Below are positions 26,080 through 38,603 of a stretch of DNA of 64,000 nucleotides, one piece after another. The notes under the pieces are model-generated. The model had not been told where the DNA came from and ran no database searches. It worked only from the letters and a program-made list of their open reading frames with translations. The first letter of the stretch is position 1, and each line of letters starts with the position of its first letter. The translations under genes were made by a program, and so were the position numbers. The DNA comes from Nymphaea colorata (lineage: Eukaryota): assembly GCF_008831285.2 (NCBI RefSeq), contig NC_045138.2, forward strand, positions 18,042,001 through 18,106,000, in the 5' to 3' direction.

Positions 26080-27720
26080 TTCGTGTGGTAGGTTATCAGT
26101 TGTTTTGTTGGTTTCAGGCAAGGACTCCAATTTCTAATTCGTGTAGTTAACAAAGATGGATTTGTAAAAGGGCTTGCATATTGGGAAAAGGAACTTTTAA
26201 TGCAAGAAGATGGCAATTAGGAACCAAGCTGTGCATGGAAGCAACCACAAGACTTCCCCTTCGGATTTGACTTCTTAATGTCCGCTCGAATGTTTGGAGT
26301 AAATGGTTGTCTCATACCATTGCTAAAGTGTTCAATGGAAACCTCATTGATTTGGCTAAGTTTCTCAAGGTTCTAACATTGAAGTCCCTTAAACTTCAAC
26401 CCTTGTTCTATAGACACCCATTCTACAAAGAAAAATGCAGGGATTCCCATAACGCAAATGAAGAATCCCCGAGCTAAGAATGTTGGAGAATAAGTCACAG
26501 TAAAAAATGGCAAAATTTCAATCTATACACGCAAGAATCATGCTGAAGAGTTTGAGTGAAATGTCTCAAGTCAGCCATGATTCTTACGACATGTGAGATC
26601 TCTTGGCGGATCAAGAAGCAGCTGAAGAAAGAAACAATGCTACGGAACCAAGCCATTCAGTAACTCGCTAGAAGCTAGCCTTGATCTTTGATAGCAGTCA
26701 CCAAAAGAGAAGGAATGGAAAGGAAGAAGGCAAACTCCAGATGTATATGCAAACGATGCTTCTTCTCCATGCATGATCCCCATGTATGCAAAACCTTGTC
26801 ACAAATATCGTTTTCAGGTATAAAATAGTGAACATTTTTTGGGTATAATATGGAAAAATTGTCTTTCGGGAAAATCTTGGCAAATTAAAAAAACATAAAA
26901 AACTAAAAATTAAATGTCAAATAAAATTTAGTAATTGAACAATGTAAAAAAATAAAAAATGTGAAGAAAACACGAAAAAGAATTATAATAGAAAACAAAA
27001 AACGTGAAAAAAATGCCAAATAGTTTTGGCATTTGTTTCCTGTTTTTGTCGGCTGACTTATTTTTTAAAGTTTTTCTCTTTTTTTTTTTTTGAATAGAAC
27101 GAGTTTTCTGTGACAATGAACTGCAAAATCTTAACCTAAAAAAGGATTCTTCTAAGATCTACCATGAATCTCCTGGGAAAATCACTACATCGTGTGAAAG
27201 ATCTCTAATAAAGCAAAATTAGATAAAGATTCTAATGTACTGCCAATGATCTCTTGGAATGAACCAACTCTTTCTACATGTATGTAGGTTTTCTAGAAGA
27301 AGATCTGGATGCACTGTGTGAAACATGACAGGGAAAAGCTGTGGCCCATGTCATGTGAGATACAGGAAAGAATGCAAGGAGAGCATTATGAAAATTGAGC
27401 AACAGATGAACGTTGAAGTACATCGTGTAAACAGCGAGGAGCCAAAACAAGGATATGAGGTGCTTTGAAAGCATATCCTGGATGCGTGAAAGTATGATGG
27501 ACCAATCTTCGCAGGGAAAGAGGGAGGAGACTCTCTCTATCAATGAAGATAGCGAGTCAGAGTCTTTAGATGTGGGATTACAAAGGAGGAACCACGAATG
27601 TTTAGAATTACAAAAATTCTTGCTTTGGAAAACAAGGGGCTTACAAGAGCACATGTAGGTGCCCCATGCAAGTTTTAACGCATCACAATACAATTTCGAA
27701 TTTCTAAAATGAAACTTTTC
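26080..27720 (+). mobile_element. Degenerate L1-type LINE remnant (ORF1 DUF4283-like part and start of the ORF2 endonuclease)
   Basis: 26196-26360 reads FNARRWQLGTKLCMEATTRLPLRI*LLNVRSNVWSKWLSHTIAKVFNGNLIDL, like plant LINE ORF1 (RRWxP...PVWIRLxxLPxxxWS...IA), preceded by FLIR in another frame. 27611-27643 reads QKFLLWKTRGL, like the APE start KIxxWNxRGL. The order is collinear with a LINE. Confidence 0.55.
26794..27118. mobile_element. MITE nested in the LINE remnant
   Basis: Imperfect TIRs CCTTGTCACAAATATCGTT / AACGAGTTTTCTGTGACAATG around an A-rich interior. Similar interior sequence recurs at ~62970-63160. The TSD is unclear. Confidence 0.55.
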
Positions 27721-28489
27721 ATTCTGTTCTATGTTGAATAGACAGCAAATCAACCTTATGGCAGAAAAATTAAACGAAATATTTTATTGTGTCAAAATGA
27801 AACTTGTCTTGACAGAATCAGAAGACTCGTGTGGGTTCAAGACCTTATTAGATGGTCATAGTAGTGATTGATATGAACAGACGAATGGATTGGTTTGAAG
27901 TGTACTGAGTCTACAGATAGATGCATCATACACATTTCAGTGTTTATTATTCGAGTTCTACCTTCACTCAATAGTTATCCTGATGACTAACTCATTAAAA
28001 CTACTTACAAAGTCTACTCTACAACAGATTTATTGTTGTTGTGTCTTTGTCTTTAGTATTTTTAATTTCACTTGAGATGAGATATAATATAACTCACGAG
28101 TGATTTTTTTTTTTTTTAAATTTTTGAGGTGGCGGAGAAAGACCAAGCGTCTCCACCTGATTTGATGGGAATTCCTTTATATTTATTCATTTGATATAGT
28201 CGAAGGCTGCTTCCTGGACCGAGGATGCGGGCCATTCGTCCCAAACACGTTGAATTACCACTCGATTTTTTACTTTCATAAATTCATGGTTAATTCATGG
28301 CATTTTGAAATTCATTTTCAGTAACAATTGAATAAAGGATCATTTTTCATACTTTGGTGATATGGATTATGGAACGCCAATTCTTTTCCTCATTCTGATT
28401 TTGGTTTTCGTATCACGTCACAAATGAATCAATTTTAAATCATGGCATTTCTTCACTAAAATTGGCTTGATTGTATTCTTTCATCCTTT

Positions 28490-28524
<35 letters not shown>

Positions 28525-30071
28525 GTGTTGATTCATATAAAGACAAATCACTTAGTGATCAAGGATTGGGTTCAATGACATCCGAATCCTAATCCAAATA
28601 TTGTGGTCTGGTTGAAGATATCCAACCACCAAACCGTTCCGATTTTCTTTTTTTGCTGTAAGAACTGCACATGGAAATTTTGTAGATCCAATTTGAAATA
28701 TGGAATTTGAATCACATTCAAAGCTACATGAAATGTAAACCAATAAATCTGAAACTAACTCATTAAATCGCTATAATAAAAATAAGAGCTGAACGTTTTA
28801 CTCAACCTCTTCAGAAGAAAAACGAATGGAGTTTGAAAACATCAGGCTTGGATTTGTTTTAGTTGCTTACTATAGCTCCAGACCGTACTGCCTCCAAATG
28901 GGTTTTAGGAAACATGATCCAAATCTGAGTTTCGATCCAAATGCAACTGCATATAATGTGATCAAGTCAGCTTTTGGAACGGTTCGCGCTGACATAGACC
29001 CGAACCATTTACGTTTCATTGTTAATTAATATTAAGTTGAGTTTAGTTGAATCCATTTGCTCTTTCAGGGTTCCAGGTCTTTTGGATTAAGCAAATGCAT
29101 TCAACTGCAAGATTTCCACGTGATAATCCCAAAATCCTGGTCCAATTACTACTTTGAACCAGTTAGGCGAAATATCCAGTTCAGTACCGTTTGAGGTGCC
29201 AAGATCTGATCTAGCAGTTTGGTCATTTATGAGGATAATATGAAAATGTCTTGATTTGATCGCATGGTTTTGAATGTCAATCAAAGATTAAACACAATAG
29301 ATAGAGGAAAAAGTTGCTAGGTGGTCAGTTTTTGCTTTGAATGAATTCGTGGCAAATCAGAGAGGTCGCACACCAAAGCACGATGTCCAGCACTTAACAG
29401 TAAAAAAAAAAAAACAATTTTATTTTTGAAAGATTCACGATATTAGCCTACTTGCTGCAAAGCATTTTTGGCATTCTAATTAATGAATAAAACTTGTTTT
29501 TTTTTTTTGGTATAATACATGCTTTACAATTTAATTGTGCTAATTTATGGGAACCTTTCATAATAAAAAGAAGCTAAAATTCAAGTGTGGGAGATTTTTA
29601 ACAAACGGAGACCGTGAAAGAATCCAGGTCCCTTTCTGAAAATCTCCGGATAAAACGACACCATTGCCAGTGCCAAGAGCTGCGCAATCTTCTCCAAAGG
29701 AAAAGCGTATCTTGAAAATAAATGCCTCGGTTGCCGTGTCATCGTCTTCCTCCCACCAGGTGTCTCGTATCGGCTGGTTTTAATTTTTACGCACGGCCGA
29801 TACGAGTCTCATTTTTTATTTTTCCTTCTGAAACCGTTTGGGAGGGTCGATTTTCCCACGCCCGGCATTCTCCCCCAAAAAGGAAGGCGGGAGGCTCTTT
29901 CTGAGGGCAATATCGTCCAGCGCCGGTCGGTTCCGCGAGGGTGAAGAATGGGGACGGGGTCGCCATTTGCTGAGTTCCTGGGGGGCATTTCGGGTAGTAG
30001 GGGGAAGACTCAACGACCGCCAGGTTCGGGAACTCGCTCGGGCAGGAGAGAGGAGAGAGGTGAGGGGGGGC

Positions 30072-30258
30072 GTGGGGCCCACGAGAAAAAAAGGACTGAG
30101 AAAGAAGTGGGGCCCAGAAAGAGAGAGAAAAGGATCGTCCCCTGGTAAGGGAGAGAGGACGTCGCGGTCCAACCATCACAAGGTTGGGGTTCTGTGGAAG
30201 AGAGAGAGAGAGGGTATGGCCCGTATGGAGGGGCAGGGCGGTGGGTCCCACCACGTGG
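30072..30258. promoter_or_regulatory. Candidate enhancer: TCP-motif cluster plus G-box in a GC-rich island
   Basis: GTGGGGCCCAC (30072-30082), GTGGGGCCC (30107-30115), and GTGGGTCCCAC (30241-30251) abutting CACGTG (30252-30257). Function is inferred only. Confidence 0.4.
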
Positions 30259-33200
30259 CTCGCCCCCGTTATGCAATTAATGGAGGTGGGGGAGGACGGG
30301 ACGGAGATCATGTTCCGTGGAGGAGGGCTGCCGCTCCGAGAGGTTTCCGTTAATCCCCAAATCGTCCTCCTTCAAGACAAGGATAAAAAAAAAAAAAGTG
30401 AAAAATAAAGGGAAATACGTTGAGTTGCTTCTAGATTTTTTGCAAGTAAGGCGTCTCTTTAGATAATTTAAGCATTTTTTTTAATTAGCATTGAAAGTGC
30501 ACTTAATATAAATAAATGTTAACGCGTACCCCGCTTCCCTTTTTCTTTTCATTCAATGCTAAAAGCAGAACACTTCAAGGCGTGTTTGGCTGACATCCCC
30601 ACGAGGTTTTTTTAAATTGATTTTTCTAAAAAAATAGGTTTTAATCATTTTTAAAAATTGGTTCACAGGGTGACTCTACGCTTCACTTTACGACTGCTCT
30701 GTTGATTTGCTTAATTCATTTTTTTTAAATAATCACTTTTTTTTTTTTTTCGTTAAGAAAACATAACTTTGGCAAACATTGCCAAAAGGTTGATTTGAAG
30801 GTAAAAAGTCGTTTTCTATTTGCCTTTAAAAATCTGTTTCCAAGTGCCATCCAAATACTATAAATACCATTTAATATATAAAGGAGGATTCAGAGTAATT
30901 AGGTGATAGAGAAGTTGATCGAGTAATACACATGTGGGAGAATGAGTATGAGTCGGGGAATTGACAACCATGTTTTATATTTTTTGATCATTTTTTTTTG
31001 GTAAGAACATTCGATCTTCCTAACCAATATGTTATAAACTCATAAACGATTGGCATGCTTTGAGTGTATAATTAAGATTCTATAAACTTAATAGTCAACA
31101 GTTCAATTTTTTTTTTTTACTTATAAAACACACATTGTATCTCAAAAACTACATTTTTTATATTGACTGTCATATTAGTAGTAGGCATGAGAATGCATTT
31201 ACATAATTAGCATTTTTTTTTTGTTAACGTGCAAAACATGTGATAGGACACATGGCAGTCCTACTTGTTTCTTACATATATTTTATACTACAAAATAGCT
31301 GATTAGTTATGGAAAGTTACTTGATATTACATAAGTCAACTAATATTTGGCATAACATAGCTAGTCGGACCAATGATCGGTAGATGGTTTATTTTTTTAA
31401 TTCTCGTAAGTGTCAGCCGTTTATACATATATATACAGCCCTAAACCCTAGAGGCAAAGTCCAGAGGAGGTTGGCTCTTCATTTCTCTATGAAATCAAAT
31501 GCCAATAAGAAGCAAGTGCATGCGGTTTACGGCGGAGACCTTTCACACTAACTGCCAGTAGCAGTGCACACATGTGTGGTATAGATTGGGAGGTGAAGAC
31601 ATCCTCTCATAGGGTGTGTTGACAGATGAGATAACAAAAGTTGGCCTTCCTTTCAAGAAATCAACTGGGACATGTGGGGTTGCATAGAGCAGGATACATT
31701 TTCTAGTACCCTTACCCTTACACCCTTTGGCAAGGGCTGTAGGAAGATGATGGGGGAGAAGTCATGGCCCGATATTTCTAGTAGGGCATGGAGAAGGTTA
31801 TTGTGGTTCTTGCAATTTAGGGAGGAAGTGCAAAGGCAAGAAAGTTCCTTTGTTGCTTCCTAAGTTTGACATAAAGCACCAAACAAAGTGAATAAAGTTG
31901 CAACAACAAAATATTTGCCCTAAAGTTATGAAATCTGCATATATTAATAAGGGTTCTGCTAGGTGAGCAAAGAAGTATTTCGTCATATGGCAAAAAAGAA
32001 AGGTCAAACCTCCAACCCAACCTCTATGGGACACATGCATGCTTTCGGTGCCTCGTAATACTGCCTTTACCACACTTTAATATGCACATCAGTGGCCTCT
32101 TCTTGCAGCAAAAGGAGTTGACACACCAGAGATTCAAAATGAGAACTGACTGCCTATCAACCCTCGCCCTAACCATTGTACCAACCCCCTTGAAGATAAG
32201 GGATAGATAGGTAGGGGCTCTGCAAGGCATACACCCCACATAGCTCAATTTGAATATTTGAATTTATACATTGGATCTCGATGGAGCTGAGTTTATTTAC
32301 ATGGGGCAGCACCATGAGACTCGAATCGCTGCCTCAAGGCCAATTGAGAATTTGTTAATTATATATTTAGTGTTCTATGAAAAAAGTTTGCCACTACTTG
32401 GAGACTAGGGTTCTTTATATGATAGAGGCAAGTCATTAAGGCTGAGGCTTTGCAAGTTCTAATTCCATAAGCATACAAGTTGACAAAATATGGTACTAAC
32501 ATGTTCTGGCCTGCCTGTTTAGCAGAGCGCAAGCTCATAAAAAGAGCGAAAAGGGGCCGAGAACGTCCGACAGACTTGTTTTTATATGAAGTGCATTGTT
32601 TACAAGAAGAAACGAAGTAAAATTTGAATGCCTACTTAATTGGTTAAACAAGCTCAGACTAACTTTTCCATGACAATTAATTAATTTGAACTGGAAGTTT
32701 ATATAGTACACGGGAGACAGTGATATGGTTAAAGATCACATTAATTAGCTAACAAGTTTATATGACTTAAGATAATATGAACATGTAAACTTCACATTTG
32801 CTTGCTGACCAACTTAGTTGCAAGTAATTTCTAGCAAGCGCTTGGCAAACTATGGAAGCCAAACATTGATAGTAACATTGTTTTTTTGCAAGCATGAGCA
32901 TGCTTTTTGTTATGCCCACGAAAGTTAAGCATGCCCTTGTAAAACAACATCATATTGTATCCATTTAGTAGTTTGGGTGAGCTCAAGGCTATTGCCACCG
33001 CCTGAGTTGAAGTTGAAGTTTACCTCTTCCCTTCATCCCTCTAAAGTCTATCGTTGCTTTTCGTGTTTCGAAGTGATGCTCCCGCTATACTTCAACTTGT
33101 AAATATATTTGTGCTCCCTTCTTTTACAGCATAATCATGCTATGAAAAGAGACTGGGTACCTACCAGCTCCTTTCCTGACAGTTGCACCTACTCCCTTGA

Positions 33201-36060
33201 AAATGAACAGTTGCCGTAAGAAAAACAGACTTCAAAATGAGAAAAGTGACTACCTTTTCTGTTCATGCTTTTGAATGATAGAGAGTATTGAATGATAGAG
33301 AGAAGGAAAAAGAAAAGTGATGCCGTTGGAAAGAAAAAGCAGAGATTGTGCTGACAGCTCTGGGCACTTCATTTTGCTTTCTTTGAACCAAAAAAGGGAA
33401 TGCATATCTTCAATTCCCAAATATTTACAAATTTCTATGTGCTCCAAGACCGTAGGCAATCTGGGAGCTTTTTGTTCATTAATTTACTAAGAGCGGCTTG
33501 AAAATGTCACCCAATTGAACAATTTAAAGTCCAGTGCACTTTTAATTTGCAAAAATGTTATGCTTATCATTGGGTTATAGCAAGATTGCATGCTCTGCAA
33601 TCATAAGGAGGGCAACTTGTGTGTTATAGGGAGACGTGAATGGAGCCTTTCCCTTTGTGACATGTAAGCCCCGAGAGGCAACTTATATGATTATGGATTT
33701 TTAGAGCGTTGGATTTGATTGCTCTACTATATCAGCTTCAACATGTCTATGCGTGTATGTGCATGCACACATGCAAGTGTGGTGGGACAACCCCTTATTC
33801 TCCACAAAGCATAATAATTGATCTACACATAGGAGTTACCTTAAGAGGCCACAGACATATTAAAAAGGTCTCCAACCCCACATGTTTGTTGGTTGAGTAG
33901 GAGGAGTATTTCATCTTATCTTCATCGTTTCCATCTCTTTATGTTACTATGCATTGGGGCCCCGAGATGACGTCTGCGCTTAAACTTCAACATTTGTAGG
34001 CCGCTTTTTATAATACACGGATTGATGTCGCCAATGCTTGAATTATCAAGTTTCAACCCAAGCAGTTGTACTAGGGCACTTCAGCCCGACATGTTACTAA
34101 CTATATGACCCTTTAAATCTTGGCGGCCTTGAAACCAATTATCTGCAATATTCATAGGCCTTAAAAAATATAAATTAAAAAAAAAAATAATTTTTTTAAT
34201 ACATCGGCCTGCACGGGGCTGTTGGGCATATTTGGCTTTTCATTGGCTGATTTTTTAAAGGGGAGCCATATCGGTTTCCATATTATATCCGCAACTTGCC
34301 AATAAAATAAAATTCCTATTGATCGGCGGAGGATGATCCGTACCAATATTAACAATACTATTATGAAAACTAATATCATTCTATATCTGTGAAATGCAAA
34401 TTGGCAGCACTCTTAGAAAGAATCACGTACTGTAGGAATATTTGAATCATACACTCTTTTTAGGATTGGTAAAAGTTTAATATATCTCAATGAGCAAAAC
34501 CATCAACACAAACAACTTTCAGTAGGTAGGGGTATTTAATTTAATTTCATGAACTTATTCAAAACGAAACTGTTTTTGCAACTAAGCGTCCTGGGATATG
34601 AAATAGAAAAACTGTAAGGACTCTAGAAAGCAAGATTTTCCACTATTGTTTCTTTATTTTGTTGAATTATGATTTGTGTTGGTGTATTTATTGTGCGACT
34701 AAACATAGAGTAATAAGAAAAAGTTTTTGAGGATGTTTGCTATTCTAAGTTTCATTATTTGTTTGCAGGTTTGATATTCATGGTTTTAAAATCAGACTTT
34801 GTCATTTCAACTATGACATCAAACACTTTTGTGTCAGCTAAACTGTAAAACAAAGATCTTATCTATGTGTCATAAGTTTAACTGTAAAACAAAGATCTCA
34901 TGCACGTGTCATATAAGGCATTTGGTAATAGGGACACTGCATTCGGTGTCTTGTAAATGTGTTTCAACTGAATACATTCAGAGGTCATTTGGCAGCAGAG
35001 ATACTTGTGAGTGTCCTATGAATCTGCCCCAACGATTCATTCCGGGCACATTCTTGAACAAAAGTTCTACTATTTCATGAATCTTTGAGAAAGATTCACG
35101 TGACACTCATTGATTGCATATACTAATTAGTTAATTTTTTTGAAGTGCTTACAACTTAACGATTTCAAGCATGTTACCAGGAAGCATGTGTGGGCAATAT
35201 GTAGCAGTGCCTCTTAAATATTTAAAATTTTATAACTAATATCTTTCAGTTAAAATTCTCTAGGTATACCCCTCTTGTTATCATGTTACAATGATGTATA
35301 TTGGAAGCCATACAAGGGACTGAGTGCAGTACATCATTTCATGTACATTTAAGGCTTCACAAACTCACGATAAAACTAAAAAATTCTGGAAAACATTAAG
35401 ATATGGAAGCATGTAACGCTTTCTCTCTCTCTCTCTCTCTCTCTTCAATGTTGGGTAGCATGGCGCTTTCATGAACGGCATAGTGCATACTATATCTCAT
35501 CAATATAAAGAAAAAAAGAAGAGCTAGCAGCAATTAATGCATTTTGAATTATGTGAAAAACTGGTCTCTGATTCGGTACTGCATGACCAACAGAAGATGT
35601 CTTCAATGGTAAAGGACCTCCATATAGGGAAATTAAATGAAAAATCGAAGTATGGAGAGTAGATACCATGAAAATTAGTCAGCCCCAATAATAACAAGGA
35701 TCGTACTTGCACACGGGAAATTAAATTATGGGCAACGAAGGATGCAAGAGAACAAACCATGAAATCCACCTAATATCTTCCGCGTTTGCTTCACGCAACT
35801 ATGAATCAATTCACATATTTTTTTGAGAATGGTTCACAAGACTTAGCTTTGCAAACGCAGATTTGGTTCATTTAAATATGAAATATTATGCAATTCGTCA
35901 ATTCACAAGTTTTTACACGGGAGCAACTCTTGATGATATATAAGAGCTTCAAGTCTGGAAAGGTTGTTTCATGCTGGAAGATTAAAGCTGAATTGATATT
36001 TCATTAGGTGTTTGATCCCTGTTTGCAAGATTAATGCTACAGATAGAACATCCCATCTTT

Positions 36061-36373
36061 GCTGGGCAATGAGTGGAGCCAACTTGAGTTTAACTGAAAA
36101 CTTAAGCTTATAAACTCATCGAATTTGAGTTACAAGAATTCGACTCAATAAACTCGAGTGACCTTGTTTAGTCTATGTTGTCTTTTTTTTTTTTCTGTGA
36201 TTTCCAAACTTAACACTAAGTCTAGTAAAGAGCTTAAACTGAGTCGAGTGTGAGCTGGAACTTGGTGTATCCAGTCAAGCTTGAGCTGACCTTGTATGCT
36301 CCCGAGCAATATATGAGTTAAGTCAAGCCAAGTTGACTGAGCTTGAGCTCGATTCGGCTTGTGCACAGCCCTA
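36061..36373. mobile_element. GAGCTCGAG-rich hAT-like MITE
   Basis: Right end GATTCGGCTTGTGCACAGCCCTA matches the terminus at 46925. Similar interior. Confidence 0.5.
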
Positions 36374-38445
36374 CTTGCTACGAACATTTGAGTCACAAGG
36401 AACGGACTTCCCACACAAAATGTGTAGTGTCCGTTCCTCGCTGTTTCAAGAATGCAGTGTTCTTATTTGGTGTTTGCATGCACCCGTGGATCCAGTGCTG
36501 GAACGCCGAGGGCATTCATTTCATGAGCTGGGCAGTGTACTCATGTTCTCTTACCATTCTACGAAAAAGTTTCAATGTTTTCGCTAACCAAAGAAACCTG
36601 CCGATGTACAGTACAGGTAGAAGAGAAATCTGAATCTTTTCGCATTAATTTGTTAATGTACATCGTCTTCTATTTCATAAAGCAACGGCACCCATATGGC
36701 AGACAACGTGCATAAAGGCTTTAAGTATGAATAATAATACCACTGCTGCTTAGAATAAATGTGACTTGGACGCGAACATCTCCAGACAAATGTTTCATAA
36801 AGGTACATTTTGTTTTACGATCGCACATGCAATTGATGTTAGCAAATAAACACTTATCTAGGAATCATGCAAATGAAACCAGTGATAAACTCAACCAAGC
36901 TGCAAAATTACATTTCTTTCACTAATTGGGAGATAAAAATGTGCATTGGTAGAATGATGGTGGTTCATGGTTGTGATAATAATGCAGATCAATAAGCTAT
37001 GATAGCTCAACATAGATGGTGAAGTGGCAGCTTAGGGGCCTTTTAAGTGTAAGGATGTGCAAAAATTAAAGGGTCTTTTCCTGTTACTGAAGCAGCAGGA
37101 AAACTTTCTTGGTAGGCTATACATGGAAGATCAATACCAATAATGCTGCCCTGGGTTGCTTTTTGAACACCAAAGGTGTGAATTTTAGGTGTAGTGATGA
37201 TCAATACAATTATCAACCGTCATTAAGCGCATTATCCTCATTTAGCTGAGTTGCTTGGATCATCTTGATTTTTGAAGTATCGTGTTAGACCCTAAACTAG
37301 GGAACCAATGGTTCAGATGTAACCGATTCAAATTCAAGCAGTTGCATTCCATCAGGGTTCAGATCAAATTAGTAATATTCTAACGTGTATATGGTATTAT
37401 AGGCCGTTTTTTTTTTTTTTCTTACTGAATGTAATGGGTATTAAATTTTGATGGACATCCAAATCCAGTTACCTGTAGAAATTTGGATGTGGTTTTGTAT
37501 TTTATAAATACTCAACTTTGTATACAATTCCAAGATAAGTTAAGCAATATCCAAAATAGTCACATTGCGTTATCTACCACAGAGGCACAGACTGTCCATG
37601 TGGCCGGTGCCCTCACTCCCAAGGTCCATGCCTGCTTAGGCTTGCACAGAACGCAGTCTATGTAGATAGAATTTGGACTCTTCGACTATTTTTCTGACTG
37701 AAAGATCAACACACTGCAGCAATAATGAGGTCTATTAGATCGAATCTGCTAAAAGGTTTATCGGCAAGATAAACTACCAATGTTCAATGAAAGCAAAACT
37801 GGATTTGTAAAAGAAGAGTGATGGTGAAGAACCATTTCATATTGAAACTAATTTTTCTTCTTGTCCATTGGAAAATGATCAGAGAAGTATGAAGCAAAGA
37901 GAAGAAAACGCAGAGGAAGCCCTTCTCCTCCCGTGTTCATAGGAACACTTACATGGGACATGTGTCCCAACTACATGTCAATCTGGGTCGGCTGTAGGAG
38001 ACAAATATGGCATGCGAGCGTTAGGAAACAAGCAGCAATCACATTATTTTCATGCCAATCTCTCCATCTGTGACCATAATTTGTATCGAACAGAAGAAAC
38101 AAGGGCATTCCTTCCTGATCTCCCCTTGTAGCTGCCTGAAAAAACGACATTAATGAAGGTATTTAGTAAAAGCATTTATGAATACAGAAAATCATCCAGT
38201 AGGATAACCTAGATATACTAAAAAGTCCCAAGTATTTGATACATAGCACACATTTCGGACATGCATTTACACAATCTAACAAAATTTAAGTTATTTAACA
38301 CAAGGTAAACCAATGCTTATGGAATTATCGCAGTTGACTTCCTTATAAGAAAATTATCCCATGCACAAGCTTCAACAGTTTTTGGCTTTCAAGAAGATAT
38401 CAATTTTGTAGAAGATATCAATTTTGTGAAACCACAAGAGCATAC

Positions 38446-38603
38446 ATAAATGGAGCATATGGTATCGGTAGTCATTGTCAATTTTGTGTACTTCACTAAT
38501 TCCGCTAATCATTATATAATCCATCAGAGAAGACATAAATAGAGCATCTTGTATCAGTAGCCATTTGTCAATCTTGTGCGTTCTGCTAATTTCGCAAATC
38601 ATT
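38446..38603. repeat. Diverged ~90-bp tandem duplication
   Basis: CATAAAT(G/A)GAGCAT...GTATC.GTAG.CATT(T)GTCAAT.TTGTG...CTAATT.CGC.AATCATT occurs twice. An 18-bp duplication sits just upstream (~38392-38427). Confidence 0.75.
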
